From positions 1 through 64,000 of the forward strand of contig JAITVV010000067.1 of NCBI GenBank assembly GCA_031285625.1: 64,000 nt of DNA. The letters are read 5' to 3'. The notes beneath the pieces are model-generated. The model had not been told where the DNA came from and ran no database searches. It was given only the letters and a program-made list of their open reading frames with translations. The number at the start of each line of letters is the position of its first letter. The stretch's first letter is position 1. Shown here in pieces: positions 9,801 through 20,064 of the stretch. This DNA is from Prevotella sp. Lineage in GTDB: Bacteria; Bacteroidota; Bacteroidia; Bacteroidales; Dysgonomonadaceae. The translations under genes and the position numbers were made by a program.

Positions 9801-11474
9801 ATGAAAACATCAATGAAATTAATTATAGTATTCATCATAGCAATTTTGGCTAGTAGCTGCGATTTGGAACGGTTACCATATGACAAAATTACAAATGAAG
9901 GAATGGATGAGAACAGTGTTACCACAATAACACTTGGTACATATGCCAAAATGAAAGAAGAGTATTATTACAAATCAACCCATTACGTAAATGAGTATGG
10001 AGGCGATAATGTATCTCTGGCAAGTGGTACTTCCGATGCTTTTGCTTATATGTATAAATATCAACGGCTAACCAATAATTATTATCCTGCAAGAGTATGG
10101 AAATTCACCTATCAGATGATTGTGAATACCAATACTATGATAGAAAAAATACCGGAAGGGCAGTCTGTTGAAATGGATCAGTTATTAGGAGAAAATTATT
10201 TCCTGCGTGGATATTTATATTTTACATTAAATAATCTTTTTGGGCGGCCATATGTACAAAGCCCTGAGTCAAATCCGGGCATACCACTTAAACTGACTTC
10301 CGACATTAACGATTTCCCATCGAGAAACTCAGTAAAAGAAGTATATGATCAGGTAGTGAAAGATCTAGAAAAAGGCGCTTCGTTAATGGCTAGCGAAAAA
10401 TCCAGTATTTACGCTTCTAAAGAGGTAGCTTATGCTATGTTGTCACGCGTATATCTGTATATGGAAAACTGGGCTAAGGCAAAAGAATATGCTGATCTGG
10501 TGATTAACTCCGGACGTTATACCCTTATTACAGGCGATGCTTACAAAACGTATCCACAGGTTGTTCCGGAAAATAATACTGAAACAATATTTGCCATCCG
10601 TATGGTAAAAGATACTGATTATGAAAAATACTATATGGCCAGTTATTCGGTAGGTAGTGTATATGCTAAAATAAATGATCAGGGATGGGGTGAAATGTAC
10701 CCGTCAGAATCATATCTGCAACTTATAAACCAAAATGAAAGCGATCTTCGCCGTGCATTTATAGTTGAACAACCTATCGGGGACAACTCTCTATGGCTTA
10801 GATATGTATATAGTGATGCACCTACAAAAACATACCAATATGTAACAAATACGGTCGTTCAACAGGGCGATAACTATGTAATAACACAAAATCCGGGAAT
10901 GTACACAAGCCCAACAGTACAAAAAGAAACTGTTAATGGTAAGACACGCTATTATGTGGTAAGATCCGATAACAGTATCAAGTACTATGTTGATATAGAA
11001 AAGGCTTTGGAAGATCTGAACGGCTATCCTAAACGTTTCATATATAAATGTTCATTGCAAGAAGGACAAGCCCATTTATGGTCTCCTGTACTAATACGCC
11101 TTGCTGAAGTATACTTGAACAGAGCTGAAGCCAATTTCTATCTGGGAGATTCAGATGCCGCTCTTGCAGATGTAAATGTAATCCGCACACGTGCACAAAT
11201 ACCTACCAGAGTAAAAGCAAATCTCCCTACTGGGGTTAGCGTACTCGACTGGGTACTTGAAGAGCGTCGCCTTGAAATGGCATTTGAAGGACACCGTAAA
11301 CTTGATATATTCAGAAAAGGACAAACGCTGGATAGAAGATATCCTGGAATGCATCTTACCGGAGCATTCAATACAATATATACTACTATCGAGCCAAATG
11401 ATAATAAGATCGTGGAATATATTCCTCAAAGTGAATTAGATGCATATCCTATTGAGTTAGTCCAAAATCCTTAA
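9801..11474 (+). CDS. SusD/RagB-family lipoprotein
   Basis: Lipobox LASSC; motifs GENYFLRG, IRLAEVYLNRAEA, ERRLEMAFEGHR; ends QNP. Confidence 0.95.
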   Translation: MKTSMKLIIVFIIAILASSCDLERLPYDKITNEGMDENSVTTITLGTYAKMKEEYYYKSTHYVNEYGGDNVSLASGTSDAFAYMYKYQRLTNNYYPARVWKFTYQMIVNTNTMIEKIPEGQSVEMDQLLGENYFLRGYLYFTLNNLFGRPYVQSPESNPGIPLKLTSDINDFPSRNSVKEVYDQVVKDLEKGASLMASEKSSIYASKEVAYAMLSRVYLYMENWAKAKEYADLVINSGRYTLITGDAYKTYPQVVPENNTETIFAIRMVKDTDYEKYYMASYSVGSVYAKINDQGWGEMYPSESYLQLINQNESDLRRAFIVEQPIGDNSLWLRYVYSDAPTKTYQYVTNTVVQQGDNYVITQNPGMYTSPTVQKETVNGKTRYYVVRSDNSIKYYVDIEKALEDLNGYPKRFIYKCSLQEGQAHLWSPVLIRLAEVYLNRAEANFYLGDSDAALADVNVIRTRAQIPTRVKANLPTGVSVLDWVLEERRLEMAFEGHRKLDIFRKGQTLDRRYPGMHLTGAFNTIYTTIEPNDNKIVEYIPQSELDAYPIELVQNP

Positions 11475-11493
11475 ACATTAAACAAAAATTCAT

Positions 11494-12249
11494 ATGAAAA
11501 AGATATTATTATTAATGTTGGTTTCTATAGTCTTCTTTTCTTGTAAGGATGATGATATACTGACTCCTACATCTTTAGCTTTCGAAGAAGAAAACCCTAT
11601 ATTAGAAGCCGGTGAAACATCCAAAAATGTTCCATTCAAGACAACATCTCCTACTATATCCGTGGCTTTAGAAGATGAGACTGTTACCTGGTGTACAGTT
11701 ACTATAGAGGGCGAGAACCTCGTCATAAAAACAGAAACGAATGAGTCATATGCTGCCAGGGAAACGAATGTGAAAGTTATTGCATCGGATAGAGAAACCT
11801 CATTGACTATTAAACAAAATGGCAGGCAATCCGTAAAGATGACTATATTAAGTGCAACAGCATCTAGTTTCCAGGAAGGAGAGGAAATAGAAAAATCTTT
11901 TGATGGAAATGTTGAAACATATTATCACTCAAATTGGAGTGAGAAAAAAGATACCTATGAGTTGATATATAAACTTCAGGAAGATGCTCCATCACTAGAC
12001 TTGATTTCATATTATCCACGCACAAATGCCGGAAACGGGACTTTCGGGGAAATAGAAATATATGCTTCTACAAAGGCTAATAGCAATTTTGTAAAAGTCG
12101 CTGAATATGATTGCAAAATGGTAGGTACTCCTTCACATATTGCATTATCAACTTCGGTGATAAATCCTGTTGCTGTTAAAATCGTAGTAAAAACAGGAAA
12201 AGGAGGTTTTGCTTCATGTTGCGAAATGGAATTCTATGCTAAAAAATGA
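11494..12249 (+). CDS. Surface lipoprotein with BACON-like and F5/8 type C (CBM32-like) domains
   Basis: Lipobox FFSC followed by KDDD; BACON-like W..NES.AARET..IKQ; discoidin motifs SFDGNVETYYHSNW, YYPR, ASCCEMEFY. Confidence 0.75.
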   Translation: MKKILLLMLVSIVFFSCKDDDILTPTSLAFEEENPILEAGETSKNVPFKTTSPTISVALEDETVTWCTVTIEGENLVIKTETNESYAARETNVKVIASDRETSLTIKQNGRQSVKMTILSATASSFQEGEEIEKSFDGNVETYYHSNWSEKKDTYELIYKLQEDAPSLDLISYYPRTNAGNGTFGEIEIYASTKANSNFVKVAEYDCKMVGTPSHIALSTSVINPVAVKIVVKTGKGGFASCCEMEFYAKK

Positions 12250-12299
12250 TAAGGTGTTTGGCTAATCATTATTCTGAGAAGAATTTTGATAGTACTTTT

Positions 12300-12329
12300 A
12301 TACAGAGGATAAGAAATTATCCTCTGTAT
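12300..12329 (+). terminator. Intra-operon hairpin (attenuator or mRNA stability element)
   Basis: Perfect 13-bp stem ATACAGAGGATAA / TTATCCTCTGTAT. Confidence 0.6.
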
Positions 12330-12343
12330 TTAATAAATAAAAG

Positions 12344-13663
12344 ATGAAACAAATGAATATAAAGAAATCGTTATACATATTATATGCCCTGCTGATACTT
12401 GTTTCTTGTAATGATAAGAATACTTCCGATACTTCACAGGTACCTACAGGTAATGAAATAGAAATACCATTAGGCGGGAATTCTTATATTACACAACAAG
12501 GAAAAACTGAAAAAGTTATAGACGAAGGCTTTTCAGCATGGTCCAGTCCCGAAGCTGTATTCAGCACCTATTTTAAAGTAAATAAAGAAGGAAACTTAAA
12601 GCTTTATCTGAAATACAAAACTGACTCAGAGAATAATGTAATAGAAGTCAGATGCAAGGATAAAACATTTACTGTAACATTAACCAAACCAAAAGTGAAT
12701 GCCGATACAGCTATCTATATTGGCACAATAGATAAATGTGAAGCCGGATATGTCAAGGTCGATTTCCAAGGTAAGACTTTAAACGGAAGTACTTATGCAA
12801 CAGTATCATCTTTACTTGTTGATGGAGAGGCTACAAAAGATATGAATTTTGTAGGAGATTTCTCTTACTATTGGGGGCGCAGAGGTCCTTCTGTGCATAT
12901 GGGATACACCATACCCGAAGGTAAAACTGCAGAATGGTTCTATAATGAAGTAACTGTTCCCGAAGGACAAGATCCTATAGGAAGCTACTTTATGTCGAAC
13001 GGATTCGGAGAAGGCTATTTTGGTATTCAGGTAAATTCTGCAACAGAAAGAAGGGTGTTATTTTCGGTGTGGAGCCCTTTTGAAACGGATGATCCAAACG
13101 AGATTCCGGACGAACATAAAATTATACTTGTAAAAAAAGGGGAAGGTGTAACAACCGGAGAATTTGGCAATGAGGGTTCCGGTGGCCAAAGCTATTATGT
13201 ATACAACTGGAAAGCAGGAAGTACGTATAAATTCCTAACTCATATAAAACCAGCCTCAAAAGGATATACAGAATATACCTCATACTTTTTTGCACCCGAA
13301 ACCGGAAAATGGAAACTGATCGCACAGTTCCTGCGTCCGTCTACTACTACATATTATACCAGACCCCATTCGTTCCTCGAAAACTTCCATACAGAGACAG
13401 GATACATTGGACGCAAAGCCAATTATAACAACCAATGGATATATACAAAAGAAGGAGAATGGATAGAACTCACCAGTGGCAAATTTACGGCAGATAATAC
13501 TGCCCATAACAAGGCCAGAATGGACTATAAAGGAGGAGTAGAGCAAGCTGGGTTCTTCCTTCAGAATTGTGGATTTTTCAATGACAATACAACTATTAAC
13601 AGCACATTCGAAAGAACTCCTACAGGCAATAAGCCTGATATAAAATGGGAGGAATTAGAATGA
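12344..13663 (+). CDS. DUF5077/DUF3472-family lipoprotein
   Basis: Lipobox LVSC; motifs YWGRRGPSVH, WFYNEVTVP, GYFGIQVNS, FGNEGSGGQS, HSFLENF. Confidence 0.85.
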   Translation: MKQMNIKKSLYILYALLILVSCNDKNTSDTSQVPTGNEIEIPLGGNSYITQQGKTEKVIDEGFSAWSSPEAVFSTYFKVNKEGNLKLYLKYKTDSENNVIEVRCKDKTFTVTLTKPKVNADTAIYIGTIDKCEAGYVKVDFQGKTLNGSTYATVSSLLVDGEATKDMNFVGDFSYYWGRRGPSVHMGYTIPEGKTAEWFYNEVTVPEGQDPIGSYFMSNGFGEGYFGIQVNSATERRVLFSVWSPFETDDPNEIPDEHKIILVKKGEGVTTGEFGNEGSGGQSYYVYNWKAGSTYKFLTHIKPASKGYTEYTSYFFAPETGKWKLIAQFLRPSTTTYYTRPHSFLENFHTETGYIGRKANYNNQWIYTKEGEWIELTSGKFTADNTAHNKARMDYKGGVEQAGFFLQNCGFFNDNTTINSTFERTPTGNKPDIKWEELE

Positions 13664-13669
13664 CCTTTC

Positions 13670-13702
13670 AAAAAAGCACCTATGTTATCGTAGGTGCTTT
13701 TT
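13670..13702. terminator. Bidirectional terminator between the two convergent PULs
   Basis: AAAAAGCACCTA..TAGGTGCTTTTT inverted repeat with A and T tails. Confidence 0.85.
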
Positions 13703-13720
13703 ATTTAAATTATCTAAATC

Positions 13721-15214
13721 CTATTTCTTCAAGACATATACTTTACATTCATATGGAGATAAACTAACATCCAGCCCTTCCGCTTTTGCTTTAATATTTG
13801 CATGCTCCCATACATCACGAATATCTCCTGTAATATTCAACTCTGGCAAGACATTCTTATCCAACTTAATATCAATTATATTCCCTATCTTATTCAAACA
13901 AGCAACAGCACTGGAGCCATCTGTTAACGGTTTTATCCAGACTTGATATCCATCTTTATCCACTTTACGTTCAGCCTGCTTGCCTAACATATCCTGATTG
14001 ATTGCTATAATCTCCGGATTGGTCAATGTGGCTATAGTTACAGAATCCATATTACGAACATCGTTTCCTGATAATAATGGCGAAGCCATCATCGCCCACA
14101 TACTCATATGGCTACGGTATTGCTCAGGAGTACATCCTATAGCATGTTCTTCATTCGCATTCATACTTTGACTTTTCCCTGAGATGCCTACAACCAACAT
14201 ATCGGGATCGTTCCATGCTCCTGGTCCTGCGTATTGGGCCAGTGGTGCATTCAGGTCAATAATATTTAATACACCATTGTCTGAATGTGAATATTGATCT
14301 GTATACCAACGATCACGTATATCGAAAGTCGTACGCCAATAATGCCCTCCGGCCTCCTTGGCCCATGTCCATGGTTCTAACTGTCCCCATTCACAAACGC
14401 TAAATACAATAGAGCGATTGGTACTACGCAAAGCCTTGCCCATTGTGGTATACCGTTCTATAGCAACTTGTTTATCCTGAGGTGCATTACAATAGTCATA
14501 TTTAAGTAAGTCTACCCCCCACTCGGCAAAATCCTTCGCATCTGTTTCTTCAAATCCATAACTACCACAAACACCTCCACAAGTACGATCCGCAGCGTCA
14601 GAATATATTCCTAACTTAAATCCCCGTTCGTGCAGATAATCTGCTACATACTTTATCCCTCTGGGGAACTTTTCTTCATTTATCTGAATATGTCCGTCTT
14701 TCCCACGTTCAGCCAATTGCCAGAAATCATCGATATTTATATAGGTATATCCTAAATCGCGCATACCGTTTTTTATCATAGCTTCAGCTGTTTCCAGAAC
14801 TAAGGCTTCAGTAAGGTTTTTACCAAAAGTATTCCAGCTGTTCCAGCCCATCGGAGGAGTTAGCAGAAGATTATCACCTATTGATATTGTCAATTTCTCC
14901 ATTGCCTTACCATGCTTATTATCAGCAGTAAGAACTACAACATAATTACCTGCCTTTTCAATCTTACCTTTGATTATACCGGCTTCACTATCCAGTGTTA
15001 ATCCTTCTGGCAGCCCTTCTGCAGACCAAACAACAGGACGTTCCCCTGATGTAGGAATATAAAACAGGAAAGGAGATTCAGGGTAATTTCCTGTAATATA
15101 AGGAGGGTTGATACGGGGCTTACCTTCATATACTCCCAGAAAAGTTTTTTCCGGGGAAGAGCAACCGACTAAAAATACAATAAAGAACAAGATAACAGAT
15201 ACCGGATATTTCAT
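13721..15214 (-). CDS. GH27 alpha-galactosidase lipoprotein with N-terminal Ig-like (He_PIG) domain
   Basis: LVGC lipobox; GLPEGLTLD..GIIKG; TPPMGWNSWN, IDDFW, LKYDYC, WRTTFDI, WNDPDML. Confidence 0.92.
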   Translation of the reverse strand: MKYPVSVILFFIVFLVGCSSPEKTFLGVYEGKPRINPPYITGNYPESPFLFYIPTSGERPVVWSAEGLPEGLTLDSEAGIIKGKIEKAGNYVVVLTADNKHGKAMEKLTISIGDNLLLTPPMGWNSWNTFGKNLTEALVLETAEAMIKNGMRDLGYTYINIDDFWQLAERGKDGHIQINEEKFPRGIKYVADYLHERGFKLGIYSDAADRTCGGVCGSYGFEETDAKDFAEWGVDLLKYDYCNAPQDKQVAIERYTTMGKALRSTNRSIVFSVCEWGQLEPWTWAKEAGGHYWRTTFDIRDRWYTDQYSHSDNGVLNIIDLNAPLAQYAGPGAWNDPDMLVVGISGKSQSMNANEEHAIGCTPEQYRSHMSMWAMMASPLLSGNDVRNMDSVTIATLTNPEIIAINQDMLGKQAERKVDKDGYQVWIKPLTDGSSAVACLNKIGNIIDIKLDKNVLPELNITGDIRDVWEHANIKAKAEGLDVSLSPYECKVYVLKK

Positions 15215-15337
15215 TTCTATATAGGTATTTATGATATTATAAATATAGTATTTTTAAGTGAAAGAAAGTATTTAATGATACATTATTCAATCTAACTAAT
15301 TGTTGCTGTTGCAGATAAAAAAAACAGGTCTGAGACC

Positions 15338-17749
15338 TTAATTATATCTCAACTCAATAATCTCTCCCTTTTTCAAATCGAGATGAACTTGCTCTCCGTT
15401 TTGTTGTAGCGTAACAGCTTTTCCGTTTTTTGAAAAGCGAGGAGTATTCCCTTCCGGCAACTTTATAGCAAAGGAATTATCCACTGATGCCTTTATCACA
15501 GCTTTCTCCACTTTTCCTTCTTTCCAACTCAAGTCAATCTCTGCTCCTCCTCTCACACACAATCCTTTGAAATATCCTGTGTTCCATTGCTGCGGTAAAG
15601 CGGGCAGGAATTCTATATATCCTTCATGGCTCTGGATAAGCATTTCCGCAATACCTGCACCTCCGGCTTCGTTACCATCATATATAAATATATCGTAAGG
15701 AGCTCCGGCAATACCTTCAGGCGAAATAGTCAGAAGATTTTCACGTGCAAATTCGCGTTGCAACTGCACTACACTCTCATATGCTTTATCGGCATCAAAC
15801 AGGCGTGCATATAGGCAAATCATATTGGCACGGCTCCATTCCACATCTTCCCAGCCGGATGCAGTCAGCCTGTATTCTATTGTTTTGCGGGCAGCAGCAG
15901 CTAATTCGGGAGTCTTTACAGGTGAAATCTGAGAGAAAGGATACAATGCCAGTAAATGAGTAGTATGACGGTGATTCGGCTGCGCTTCTTCAAAGTCTTC
16001 AAACCATTCCTGTATACCTCCGTTCTTCCCAATCATAATAGGAGGCAGTTTCGCTAATGCGGCTTTCATTTCTTCCCGGAATGGTTCGTCCAAACCGAGT
16101 ATTTCCGAAGCGGCAATACACGAAGTAAACGCTTCGTAAGCTAGTTGCCTGTCGCAAGCCGGCATCATGGATATTGATAATTCATCCCCCTTATATCTGA
16201 AAGAGTTTTCGGGTGAAGTACTGGGCCCTGTCATCAGATAGCCTGTTTTGGGGTCTTGTACCATATAGTCAATCAGAAATTCGGCGTTACTTTTCAAAAT
16301 AGGGTATGCCTTATCTCTCAGGAAATCTTTATCCAACGTATAATTATAGTGCGTCCACAGGTGGGAAGCTATCCATGTGCCTGCAAGCGGGAACAATCCC
16401 CAATTGACTCCCTGTCCCGATGAAGTATACCCCCATACATTAGCTATTGTATTTGCAAGCCATCCTCTGGCACCATAGGTGTTCTTTGCTGTTTTTTGCC
16501 CATAAACAGAAAGGTTTTTGATGTAATCGAACAAAGGGATATTCGTTTCATGCAGGTTACCAATATTGGATAACCAATAATTCTGCTGGGTATTGATATC
16601 GAGATGATAATCGTTTGTCCATCCCATATTGCAGGCAAGGTTATCGTTCCATAAGCCCTGCAAGTTCGCCGGTAACGGAGAATTTTCACGGGAGGCGGCA
16701 ATCTGCAAATAACGGGCATACTGGAAGAATAAAGCATCCAGGCCGATATCATTGCTTCCTGCTTTTACTCGTTCCCATCTTTTATCTGTGGGAAGATTAT
16801 CAAATTCGCTCTTTCCCAAAAACAGGTCAACCCTTTTGTAGAGATTGGAGTAATCTTTTACATGCTTATTTTTTAGTACAGTATAGTCCTGAGCCAGAAC
16901 TTTATTTACTGTTTTCACACAATCTTCTTTATATTGCGAATTACTGTAATCAGTCCTTATATCTACTACAATAGTTACAGAAGTTGCACCATCCACACTA
17001 ATTTTGTCTTTTGATGCAGAGACCTTTCCATCTTTGATATTCACTCCTACCTTACCTAAAAAGTTTACACCTCCGGGACCTTGCTTTGGAAAGGAAACCT
17101 GCCCTGAGAACTCGATACTGTTATTTGTAGTGTTAAATACAGACTCACGCAGCATATCCAATGATAAATCAAATGTCAAGGCTTTAGCCTTACTGGCTGT
17201 CAGTCGGATAATAAGCGCATCGTCCGGATTACTGCAAAAGTATTCCCTGGTATACGTCACATTCCCTACTTTGTAGGTCACAATATTTATTGCATTGTCG
17301 AGATTTAGCTCTCTCTTATAACCGGAAACACTTCCTGCAGGGTGCTGAAACTTAATTTTTAAATCTCCTGCCGGAACATGTGAACCGAAGGAATGCGGTA
17401 CACCTGCCATAAATTCAGAGACAATGCGGTTTCCTTCTGCATATTTTCCATCAAAGAAAAGCTGCCGTATATCGTTTAACATCTCTTTACCTAATGGCCG
17501 CTCCTGAAATTTATCAGGTTGTCCCGACCACATTGTCACCTCATTCAAAGCAACAGTCTCGGTTTCGACTCCGCCAAATATCATAGCTCCGATACGTCCA
17601 TTACCTAACGGAACAGATTTCATCCATTCGTCAGCAGGTTGCTCATACCATAGTTTATATAGTTGATGGTTTTGAGACAGAATGTTCTGAATATTCGCTA
17701 TGGATAAAGCGGTAATCAAAAAGATTAATAAAGAATATTTGTTTTTCAT
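15338..17749 (-). CDS. GH95 alpha-1,2-L-fucosidase / alpha-L-galactosidase
   Basis: PLGNGRIGAM, FQYARYL, PANLQGLWN, YHLDINTQQNYW, SPEN, HRHTTHL. Confidence 0.92.
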   Translation of the reverse strand: MKNKYSLLIFLITALSIANIQNILSQNHQLYKLWYEQPADEWMKSVPLGNGRIGAMIFGGVETETVALNEVTMWSGQPDKFQERPLGKEMLNDIRQLFFDGKYAEGNRIVSEFMAGVPHSFGSHVPAGDLKIKFQHPAGSVSGYKRELNLDNAINIVTYKVGNVTYTREYFCSNPDDALIIRLTASKAKALTFDLSLDMLRESVFNTTNNSIEFSGQVSFPKQGPGGVNFLGKVGVNIKDGKVSASKDKISVDGATSVTIVVDIRTDYSNSQYKEDCVKTVNKVLAQDYTVLKNKHVKDYSNLYKRVDLFLGKSEFDNLPTDKRWERVKAGSNDIGLDALFFQYARYLQIAASRENSPLPANLQGLWNDNLACNMGWTNDYHLDINTQQNYWLSNIGNLHETNIPLFDYIKNLSVYGQKTAKNTYGARGWLANTIANVWGYTSSGQGVNWGLFPLAGTWIASHLWTHYNYTLDKDFLRDKAYPILKSNAEFLIDYMVQDPKTGYLMTGPSTSPENSFRYKGDELSISMMPACDRQLAYEAFTSCIAASEILGLDEPFREEMKAALAKLPPIMIGKNGGIQEWFEDFEEAQPNHRHTTHLLALYPFSQISPVKTPELAAAARKTIEYRLTASGWEDVEWSRANMICLYARLFDADKAYESVVQLQREFARENLLTISPEGIAGAPYDIFIYDGNEAGGAGIAEMLIQSHEGYIEFLPALPQQWNTGYFKGLCVRGGAEIDLSWKEGKVEKAVIKASVDNSFAIKLPEGNTPRFSKNGKAVTLQQNGEQVHLDLKKGEIIELRYN

Positions 17750-17791
17750 GTGCTATATACTATTATTTTATGTTCAATTATTAAAAGATAC

Positions 17792-17872
17792 TCTCTTTGT
17801 CATATTGAACGAAGTGAAATATCTCGTGTCCGGAGGTCGAGATTCTTCATTACATTCAGAATGACAAAGAGA
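17792..17872. repeat. REP-like inverted doublet
   Basis: Terminal arms TCTCTTTGTCAT / ATGACAAAGAGA; shares a 27-mer with 2252-2278. Confidence 0.75.
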
Positions 17873-17920
17873 AAGTGAAAATTACTTTGAATATAGTTTC
17901 TATTAGCTTCCATTACTTAT

Positions 17921-17958
17921 TTTGTTAAAAGGTGACAAAGGTGACACCTTTTCGCTAT
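17921..17958 (-). promoter_or_regulatory. Second copy of the tandem TGTCAC element, upstream of GH95
   Basis: Reverse complement ATAGCGAAAAGGTGTCACCTTTGTCACCTTTTAACAAA. Confidence 0.45.
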
Positions 17959-18051
17959 AATTATATTGTTACTTTTTTTTTAGCTAATGGCTAAAAGCTA
18001 TCCGCTAATAACTCTATATATAGATAAATTTTAAAGAATGTGATAATTCTT

Positions 18052-20052
18052 TCACTGACTTTTGACTTCTAATATTTTAATTAATACAACATCCTTAGCT
18101 GGAATGGTAAGGGACGATTTTAAATCGATATTATCTCCACGCCACAACTCTTTAGCCGCATAGCCAACTTTTGTATCTAATCCTATGCGTTCGAAAGGTA
18201 TATTCATTGTAATATTTTCTTCCGAATAATTAAAAATAACATAATATAAATTACCATCCGCATCTTTACGCATAAACTGATTCTCCGACTTAGCTCCATT
18301 CCCCTCTACCGGACGAAAAGAACGGCCTGTAGCTATTGCATTTACCTCAGCATTAGTCAGATACTTTATTGCTTTTTCTTTACCTTCCTTCGAACCGCCA
18401 TTACTAAAGTCATCTCCTGCAATATACAGTCCGGTAATAACTGCAGAAGTTACCCTTGCCCGATTTTCACCATCAGTAGCTTCCTGCAATACAATGTGGT
18501 CAGCGTCATTATACTGATATACATTATCTATCCACCAGCCATACGAAACAGCATTCATGGTATATTCAGTATCCTTTATTTTGTTCCACGCATCACAGGC
18601 TATACGGCGCGATTGTGCATGGTGAGAAGGAAATGTAGGAGAAATAGAAAGGTTAAGGTACATATCGCCAAAATATTTATTTAATAATTCCATACCATAA
18701 TTGTATGCCTGTACGCCTGTCTGTATATCTTTTTTATACCATGCGTCCGCTTCCATAGCACCGTGTGTCATAAAGTCCATTTTCACATATTCGAATCCAC
18801 AACGGCGAAACAACTCAGACTTCACCTTCATTTGGTCCTCTATAGCCGGATGCGTAGGGTCTACAGCATATGCACCATCCAGTTGCTGAGGTTTTGCGTT
18901 TGCATATAGATATAAGTCCTTGTATTTATATTCTGGAACATCTTCTACTGTGCGCTCCGGATTTTTACCCCAATCGGTAAAAGGTGTCCAGTATATTCCG
19001 GCTACCTGTCCGTTGTCCTTACATTTCTGTACAAAAGCTTTTAGTTCTTCTTCTGTAAACTTATTCCATCCGGAATCAAGTCCAACGAAAACCGTTTTAT
19101 CTGAATTTATAAAATTATTGTTTTGCAGGTTCTCTTTGAAATAATCGGATACTTCAAGGGCTTTGGTGTATGTCAAATGGAACTGGAGTACACCCCAGCT
19201 ATTCCAACCAAAAGGTATGGCTTTGTCCCATGCCTTTGGAGGTGCTGTTATGGCATTGGCCCGTCCGTATTCTTCGAGTCCATCTCTCCAGTCATTAAAA
19301 TATCCGATAAGGATTTTAGGTGATTTAATCATTTTACCAATGAGCGCCCCATGTTGTTTTGAGTCACGGGTCAAAGAATCTGCAACACCACCGAAACAGG
19401 TTAATGAGCCGATATTATCTTTGGTACTTTTACCGATATCTATCCCTGTCTTCCAGTTGTCATGTTCTATTGAACCAATAACCAGACCATTGCGGCTGTC
19501 ATTGTTAAATATCGATGTAACTTCATAACTCCTGAGATTATCAAAAGCGAGTGGATGCGATTGATATCTTACCCAACAGTCATTGTCGAAAGGGATAAAT
19601 AATGCGCGATTGTCACCATCACCTAATATCCGACCTGTATTATCTATATTTACAGGAGCCATATAATCCGATGAAATTTCCGCTGAACTTTCCAATGTAA
19701 ATTCTGTCAGAATATAATCCTTATCAGGGTATATATAAAAAGACTGAACCAATGTTGGCAAATCGTTGTCTGAATATGTTATCTGCAATACAGATGCTTT
19801 TCCGAACTTATCGGAGAGATTGTTAACCTTAACAGTGTTGTCAGCATAATCTTTTGTTGTTATCAGCTTGTCTCCCAACCTGTAAGAAGCATATATATTA
19901 TTGAAAACCAAATTGGCGTCTTTTTCAATATTTACTCCTTTTCCTTCCGGGTAATAACCGGCTTTCCATTTACCTGTAGAAATTGATGAATCGCCACAAG
20001 AAAAGAAAACGATTGCCAATAATACTACCAAACTTAAATTAAATACCTTCAT
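18052..20052 (-). CDS. Clan GH-D-like (GH27/GH36-related) glycoside hydrolase lipoprotein, family unassigned
   Basis: FFSC lipobox; PFGWNSW, GLDSGW, YVKMDF, RIACDAW, YNDADH; paralogue of 28749-30857. Confidence 0.7.
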   Translation of the reverse strand: MKVFNLSLVVLLAIVFFSCGDSSISTGKWKAGYYPEGKGVNIEKDANLVFNNIYASYRLGDKLITTKDYADNTVKVNNLSDKFGKASVLQITYSDNDLPTLVQSFYIYPDKDYILTEFTLESSAEISSDYMAPVNIDNTGRILGDGDNRALFIPFDNDCWVRYQSHPLAFDNLRSYEVTSIFNNDSRNGLVIGSIEHDNWKTGIDIGKSTKDNIGSLTCFGGVADSLTRDSKQHGALIGKMIKSPKILIGYFNDWRDGLEEYGRANAITAPPKAWDKAIPFGWNSWGVLQFHLTYTKALEVSDYFKENLQNNNFINSDKTVFVGLDSGWNKFTEEELKAFVQKCKDNGQVAGIYWTPFTDWGKNPERTVEDVPEYKYKDLYLYANAKPQQLDGAYAVDPTHPAIEDQMKVKSELFRRCGFEYVKMDFMTHGAMEADAWYKKDIQTGVQAYNYGMELLNKYFGDMYLNLSISPTFPSHHAQSRRIACDAWNKIKDTEYTMNAVSYGWWIDNVYQYNDADHIVLQEATDGENRARVTSAVITGLYIAGDDFSNGGSKEGKEKAIKYLTNAEVNAIATGRSFRPVEGNGAKSENQFMRKDADGNLYYVIFNYSEENITMNIPFERIGLDTKVGYAAKELWRGDNIDLKSSLTIPAKDVVLIKILEVKSQ

Positions 20053-20064
20053 AACCTATATTTT

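Noticed and set aside
12241-12343. Frameshift in the A run that might extend the BACON-F5/8C protein into an M60 domain
   Set aside because: The shifted frame checked stops after a few codons (KNDKVFG*) and the ~95-bp spacer holds no M60 remnant
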